The position numbers and the translations under genes are program-made. A stretch of DNA of 61,801 bases, filler included. It is 7 parts of 7 records of this genome, joined end to end, with 100 filler letters (N's around TTAATTAATTAA, not from the genome) between each part and the next. Parts side by side here need not be neighbours in the genome. Positions count along the whole stretch, not along the records: positions 55,244 to 61,801 come from SRR31147125_2089; 6 more parts are not named here. The stretch is one strand, 5' to 3'. Under the pieces are notes generated by a model. That model saw nothing but the letters and a program-made list of their open reading frames with translations. It searched no databases and was not told where the DNA came from. Shown piece by piece: positions 58,201 to 61,801 of the stretch. Position 1 is the stretch's first letter. Every line of letters begins with the position of its first letter.

Positions 58201-61200
58201 GAGGTATTGAAAATGGTGTGTTTATTCCAGATAATTTTGAACTTGAAGGGCTTCATCCATTTGATCTAGATAATGCAAATTATGATGAATCATGGATTGG
58301 TGACACACAGGATCAAGAAAGTGTTGCATATGCACTTTATCAAGATATGCGACAAATTAAAGTGTCATTTGCAACTACAATTTATGATTTGGAAATTATA
58401 CAAACTGATCAGTATGGGAATGAAATTACAAATGGCCTTTCTTTAACTGATCCAGTTATAGACGATGAACGTGGACTTATCACATATTATTTACCAAGTA
58501 ATGCAGATGTTTTAGGAAACCAAAGTTCACAACAACTCACTGTTTCTAGATTCATAGAAGTAGGTGATAGTTATATCAGTGGGGCAAGACAAGTCGCCAA
58601 TTTACTAGTAGGCGATAACGATTTAAACGGTTATACATATGTCGGCACACATAAAAAGTCAGGATTGAATTTTGTTGAAATCGGACCGTATGCTACATCT
58701 GGTGTTTATAATTTGACGACGTATGATAGTTCACCATATGATTCAAGTTCAAGAAACACACCAGTATATGATTTAACAACTGCAAATAGTGCAAATGGAG
58801 CAACAACACAAATCTTTACACATCTTCCACATAATAGAAGAACATTTTGGTGGTGGGTTTACTGGGAACAAACCGGATATCGTGTATCAAGAACAACTGC
58901 TCAAGCTGGTTATGGTGCCTATGAATCGTTTACGCTTTCAGGATATCCAACATTATATAGTTATGTAGGACCTTCTACTGAAGCAGTAACTTATGTCGAA
59001 TCTAGCAATGAGACTGTTACGGTATATCCACAATCAAGTGTATACTTTAGCGCGAATACTGATGATACTTCTTATACAATTTCATCAACAGCATCACTTG
59101 AGTATAATAATCAAAGTTATACATCTGTGATTTCTATTCCAAGAAGTTATGGTGTTTATGATGCGATGTATCAATCAAATGGTACATATATTGATTCGGT
59201 AGAGGATCATTATGGTACAGTTAGAGTCTATTCTGAATCATATAGTGTGGGTGACACATCAACTTATACTGATTATGATATAAGAATTATTCGTACAGAT
59301 GATCAAGAAGTAGATGATATTAATGAATTATATGTGAACGGTATTGATAGTTTAGCGAATAATCCAAATGTTTCAAATACATCTGCGACAAATGATCTTC
59401 ACTATGAAGTTACTGGTACACAAGGTATTATTTCAGTAGAGTATGAGACATATAATATATCAAATTTATACAATGTATTACCACTTATTGAAGTCTATGA
59501 TGATAATACTGATGTTAAAGTGCATACATCATATTATGAGTTATCAGGTGGTATTGTTTATACAGAAGATGATTTTAATAATACGACTGGTCAATGGGGT
59601 TATGGTCAAGTACAGTTCGACTTTGAACCATCCAATGATTTTAGTAGTGGTGATTATTATTTCTTATTAACACTTGTCACTGGTGATACATATCGGATAA
59701 ATTTCACGAAAATTGAAAGTGGAAATGCTTATATTTTAAGTTTTACATATCAAGAAGAAGAAATTATACCAACAGGCAATAGTTACACATCATATGTTGA
59801 TTATGGTATTTATTATGATGCTTCAAATGCAGATACTGACATCGTGAATTTCACTAACTTATCAAACTTATCAAATGTGTATTTTAGTGATTTGGATACG
59901 ATACTACCTCATTATTTAGAAGCTTTAGAGATATCTACATTTGCGACAATTACATCTGTTGATTATGATGTGAATATATTAAACGGATATATACATCAAT
60001 ATGAAATTACTTATAACATAGAAGCAGAAGATGGCTCAACAAATACATTTACGCATTATATTGAAGAATACGCAATAAGCAGTACAGCAACTGTCATTTA
60101 TAAAAATGGTGGGTCTTTAACTGATCCAAGCGCAACTGTTTTAGTTTACTATGATGAAAGTCCTACTGTTAGAGTAGAATATGATTTTGATCATGTGTAT
60201 TTTGCAACTGATGATATTTTATCAGTTAGTTCAAGTTTTACACCTTTAACAACAGGTGATCAAGCTATTGTCGATGAAGATTATTTTATTGAAGCAATCA
60301 ATGATGTTGGTTTTGAAATTGATCTTAATCAAGATACAGCTAAAGGTGATTATACGTATCAATTGTCATATCAACAAACACAAGTCGTCAATGGAGATCC
60401 ATTGTCGTGGAATTATAATTTTGATATCGTTGATTTAACGAAACTAAAAAATGACAATTCTAATTTAGATAATATTTTATTTGCAAGTGACTCAGTTTTT
60501 GATGAAGTACTAGATGCGTTTGTGACTATTGTCGATATTGATGAGGTAACACCTACTGAATATGTAGGATATTTTGATGAAGAAAATCCAACACCTAGAA
60601 TTATATCAGTATTACCAACAACAGGTATTGATTATGGCACATATGATGAACAAGGTAATTATTGGATTATTGGACAAGTCCAAGAAACCAATTTAACGGG
60701 ATATCTTCCAACTTTCTATATTCCAGATGGCGCTTCGATTTATCGTGTCACTGATGATACGCAAGTGCATTATGATTACCAATCAGAAGTACTTGCAGCA
60801 GATTTTACTGATTTTGGAAATGGTGAATCACTAAACTATATCCAATATCGTATTTATGCAGAAGACTTTGATGAAAATCCAACGCATTACACCGATTACT
60901 ATGTCGCAGTACAAGATACAACAAACAATATTAAATTCGACATTACTGTTGAAAATGATACGCTAGATTTAATTGAACGCGTCTTTATTAATGTAAATGT
61001 TTATCAATACGCGGATGACTATGAAGATGAATTATATTTTGATGATATCTTGACATCCATGCGTATGTTCTCATATTATGATGCAGGTGAAGATGAATAC
61101 GATAATAATCAGTTTGCGACATCCATGTATGGTTATTATGAAATATTTGTTGATGTACCTGAAGGATATAGCGTTGAAATTGAATATCAAGCAGCTATCA

Positions 61201-61760
61201 TTACAGGGGATATCATGTATTTAGAAAGTTCTAGAATTCCTAGACGTTATTATGTAACCATTCATATTGTCGAAGAAACACCTGACTCACCTGATTGGGG
61301 ACATCATGCAGTCATTGCATATACACCACAAATACCCGAAATTGATTATAATAAAACATATGATTTAGGTAGTCAGTTTACTTATAATGGTATTGTTTGG
61401 GAAGTTGTTAGTGGTAACTATCAATATGACCCATATAATCCACCAGGTACAGGTGCATGGCAAGGTTTAAGAGATAATAGCGGTGTTTACAATAGCACAT
61501 CAGCTTATGCAATTGGAGATATCGTTGAATATAACGGAACTTATTATGAAGCGATTGCAAGTAACGCAAGTTATAACAATCCAGTCTCTGGGTTAGGTAG
61601 TAGTTGGAATGAAGTCAGTGAAACATGGTTAAGTTATAATTTATATACAACCAATGATATTGTTTTATACAATGGTGTATATTATATTTCAACACAATCA
61701 TGGAATAAGGGTAGAAATCCAGCAACAACAAGTTGGGCTTGGAGTGTTTATACAAATTAA
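55245..61760 (+). CDS. Giant acidic surface/secreted protein, 5'-truncated; GLUG/beta-helix-like repeats and three C-terminal CBM5/12-like repeats
   Basis: Frame open from the contig edge (FSTTWYFKDSYY...); recurring (I/Y)xGIV / NxGxI motifs; C-terminal YNKTYDLGSQFTYNGIVW, YNSTSAYAIGDIVEYNGTYY, YNLYTTNDIVLYNGVYY...WAW. Confidence 0.75.
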   Translation, partial: FSTTWYFKDSYYGLTSDPNLYEQLEIDETYPILQGLDISNGELLIEDAIDFIYMNDLLKLSGIFRQSTYMLNADIDMTQVSKDSFVAAEASFNGTLGSYEINGNTLFNHGSMGGASNYYSVLNLTISQPTFIGDYASYSLFAALFGTVEHINFINYQIIPEDLSLVEDVDRLLIAGISANTSNANIHDVHLDINIDVNVTNESLGKLYVSGLYAYGQASISHTTTIGEIDEIHINDDPRMTENYIAGMVAYGQQVDIEYSINEIDILGLSYVGQPTNTMYMGGMFGYASFKDIYKIINKGDIVSHTQGYLDTAYIGGIVGYQNDLENEVNFVYHEGDVVVDAYDHQTVYAAGYGYVTDEENLITLTSITSNGTISLLSTSTLSDTVLQQMTYYVSGVLITEQTNGHITGLFHKHDQTIDISYVDYFALNLLALDQDDLNVEQSYQTGDIDFITSQDLNNENIQISLNLYGKNMNLNHIRQEGDASFNFTNDSSQSLTNANLYIYGLFEEVSDTFYASNGYQGGNITVSKSTSSDIAYNLFVSGIAYANRNTSIYSELNINYQSIDIDVVDGSVDTMLNHGDILIENNFNGDVKASGILLYNEGIVTDVINSGHVEIYNDIQTANDQIEASGIVYAMLGAYAQIRNAANNGDIKVASTSTISGFAHAAGIVVRNDILEDGSNINNTTALNQYAKIWFSINYGDIYAYSGLNESSYSITNETTSKASGIFGQGILSIVNTINYGNVYSRYLSAGLFGFVYYNKFPTLNADIVYISNSINYGKIRQVTAYNDSTQTYTYNMSSTPSTGLPYAFGAIVGKIHTATSSWDFAGNVDYPIDSIYFGYLLNFDEKINMFASAPDLTSDWADAWSGNTSDANEFILDMIQYMATTNPSDASVEPFTYFYTGGFWGGQYIGDYIQYLELNETDDGMFYNGFAFRSPPPAISGTDQYIADYIEYIPSEKVNTQLLTQIESDTTYDYPGIYVLSSDRGIENGVFIPDNFELEGLHPFDLDNANYDESWIGDTQDQESVAYALYQDMRQIKVSFATTIYDLEIIQTDQYGNEITNGLSLTDPVIDDERGLITYYLPSNADVLGNQSSQQLTVSRFIEVGDSYISGARQVANLLVGDNDLNGYTYVGTHKKSGLNFVEIGPYATSGVYNLTTYDSSPYDSSSRNTPVYDLTTANSANGATTQIFTHLPHNRRTFWWWVYWEQTGYRVSRTTAQAGYGAYESFTLSGYPTLYSYVGPSTEAVTYVESSNETVTVYPQSSVYFSANTDDTSYTISSTASLEYNNQSYTSVISIPRSYGVYDAMYQSNGTYIDSVEDHYGTVRVYSESYSVGDTSTYTDYDIRIIRTDDQEVDDINELYVNGIDSLANNPNVSNTSATNDLHYEVTGTQGIISVEYETYNISNLYNVLPLIEVYDDNTDVKVHTSYYELSGGIVYTEDDFNNTTGQWGYGQVQFDFEPSNDFSSGDYYFLLTLVTGDTYRINFTKIESGNAYILSFTYQEEEIIPTGNSYTSYVDYGIYYDASNADTDIVNFTNLSNLSNVYFSDLDTILPHYLEALEISTFATITSVDYDVNILNGYIHQYEITYNIEAEDGSTNTFTHYIEEYAISSTATVIYKNGGSLTDPSATVLVYYDESPTVRVEYDFDHVYFATDDILSVSSSFTPLTTGDQAIVDEDYFIEAINDVGFEIDLNQDTAKGDYTYQLSYQQTQVVNGDPLSWNYNFDIVDLTKLKNDNSNLDNILFASDSVFDEVLDAFVTIVDIDEVTPTEYVGYFDEENPTPRIISVLPTTGIDYGTYDEQGNYWIIGQVQETNLTGYLPTFYIPDGASIYRVTDDTQVHYDYQSEVLAADFTDFGNGESLNYIQYRIYAEDFDENPTHYTDYYVAVQDTTNNIKFDITVENDTLDLIERVFINVNVYQYADDYEDELYFDDILTSMRMFSYYDAGEDEYDNNQFATSMYGYYEIFVDVPEGYSVEIEYQAAIITGDIMYLESSRIPRRYYVTIHIVEETPDSPDWGHHAVIAYTPQIPEIDYNKTYDLGSQFTYNGIVWEVVSGNYQYDPYNPPGTGAWQGLRDNSGVYNSTSAYAIGDIVEYNGTYYEAIASNASYNNPVSGLGSSWNEVSETWLSYNLYTTNDIVLYNGVYYISTQSWNKGRNPATTSWAWSVYTN

Positions 61761-61777
61761 TCTATTGCATAAAAAAA

Positions 61778-61801
61778 TCATATCAATTTAAATTGATATG
61801 A
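61778..61801 (+). terminator. Terminator-like palindrome after the giant gene (cut by the window end)
   Basis: Perfect 24-bp palindrome TCATATCAATTTAAATTGATATGA preceded by an A7 run. Confidence 0.6.

Overview
The window is not one genomic locus. It is seven unrelated contigs joined by identical 100-nt linkers (44 N + TTAATTAATTAA + 44 N), so gene neighbourhoods hold only within a contig. Contig 1 (1-13817, low GC, Firmicutes-like) is the main finding: a minus-strand cluster with five TIR domains in four genes. These are a SARM1-like TIR-TM receptor, a TIR-TM-WD40 receptor, TIR-SEL1 and TIR-SEL1-TIR-SEL1; two of the TIRs have Gln at the catalytic Glu position. The cluster also has a stand-alone RyR-domain gene, an HD-phosphohydrolase-RyR fusion, a SLATT-like membrane effector (partial), an M48 peptidase-zinc ribbon gene, two small accessory genes and a degenerate tRNA-Arg 3' remnant (possible att site). 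I read it as a candidate multi-component nucleotide-signalling or defence system; that function is inference. Contig 2 (13918-27694, spirochaete-like) has tandem canonical and degenerate AhcY genes with an ABC transporter, plus a GntR-controlled TRAP / nucleoside hydrolase / RpiB / split transketolase cluster. Contig 3 (27795-33568) has MATE, DUF1232, malQ, lpxH and a beta-barrel protein. Contigs 4-6 are Bacteroidota-like (SusC/D + GH88; S46 peptidase, gltX, comB, PatB, GT9, atpC/D; tkt, serA, prfC and others). Contig 7 (55244-61801) holds the C-terminal ~2170 aa of a giant acidic surface protein with CBM5/12-like repeats. Six genes across four contigs are frameshifted at homopolymer runs, most likely by sequencing error. 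Taxonomic labels and family calls come from motif recognition only; no searches were run.
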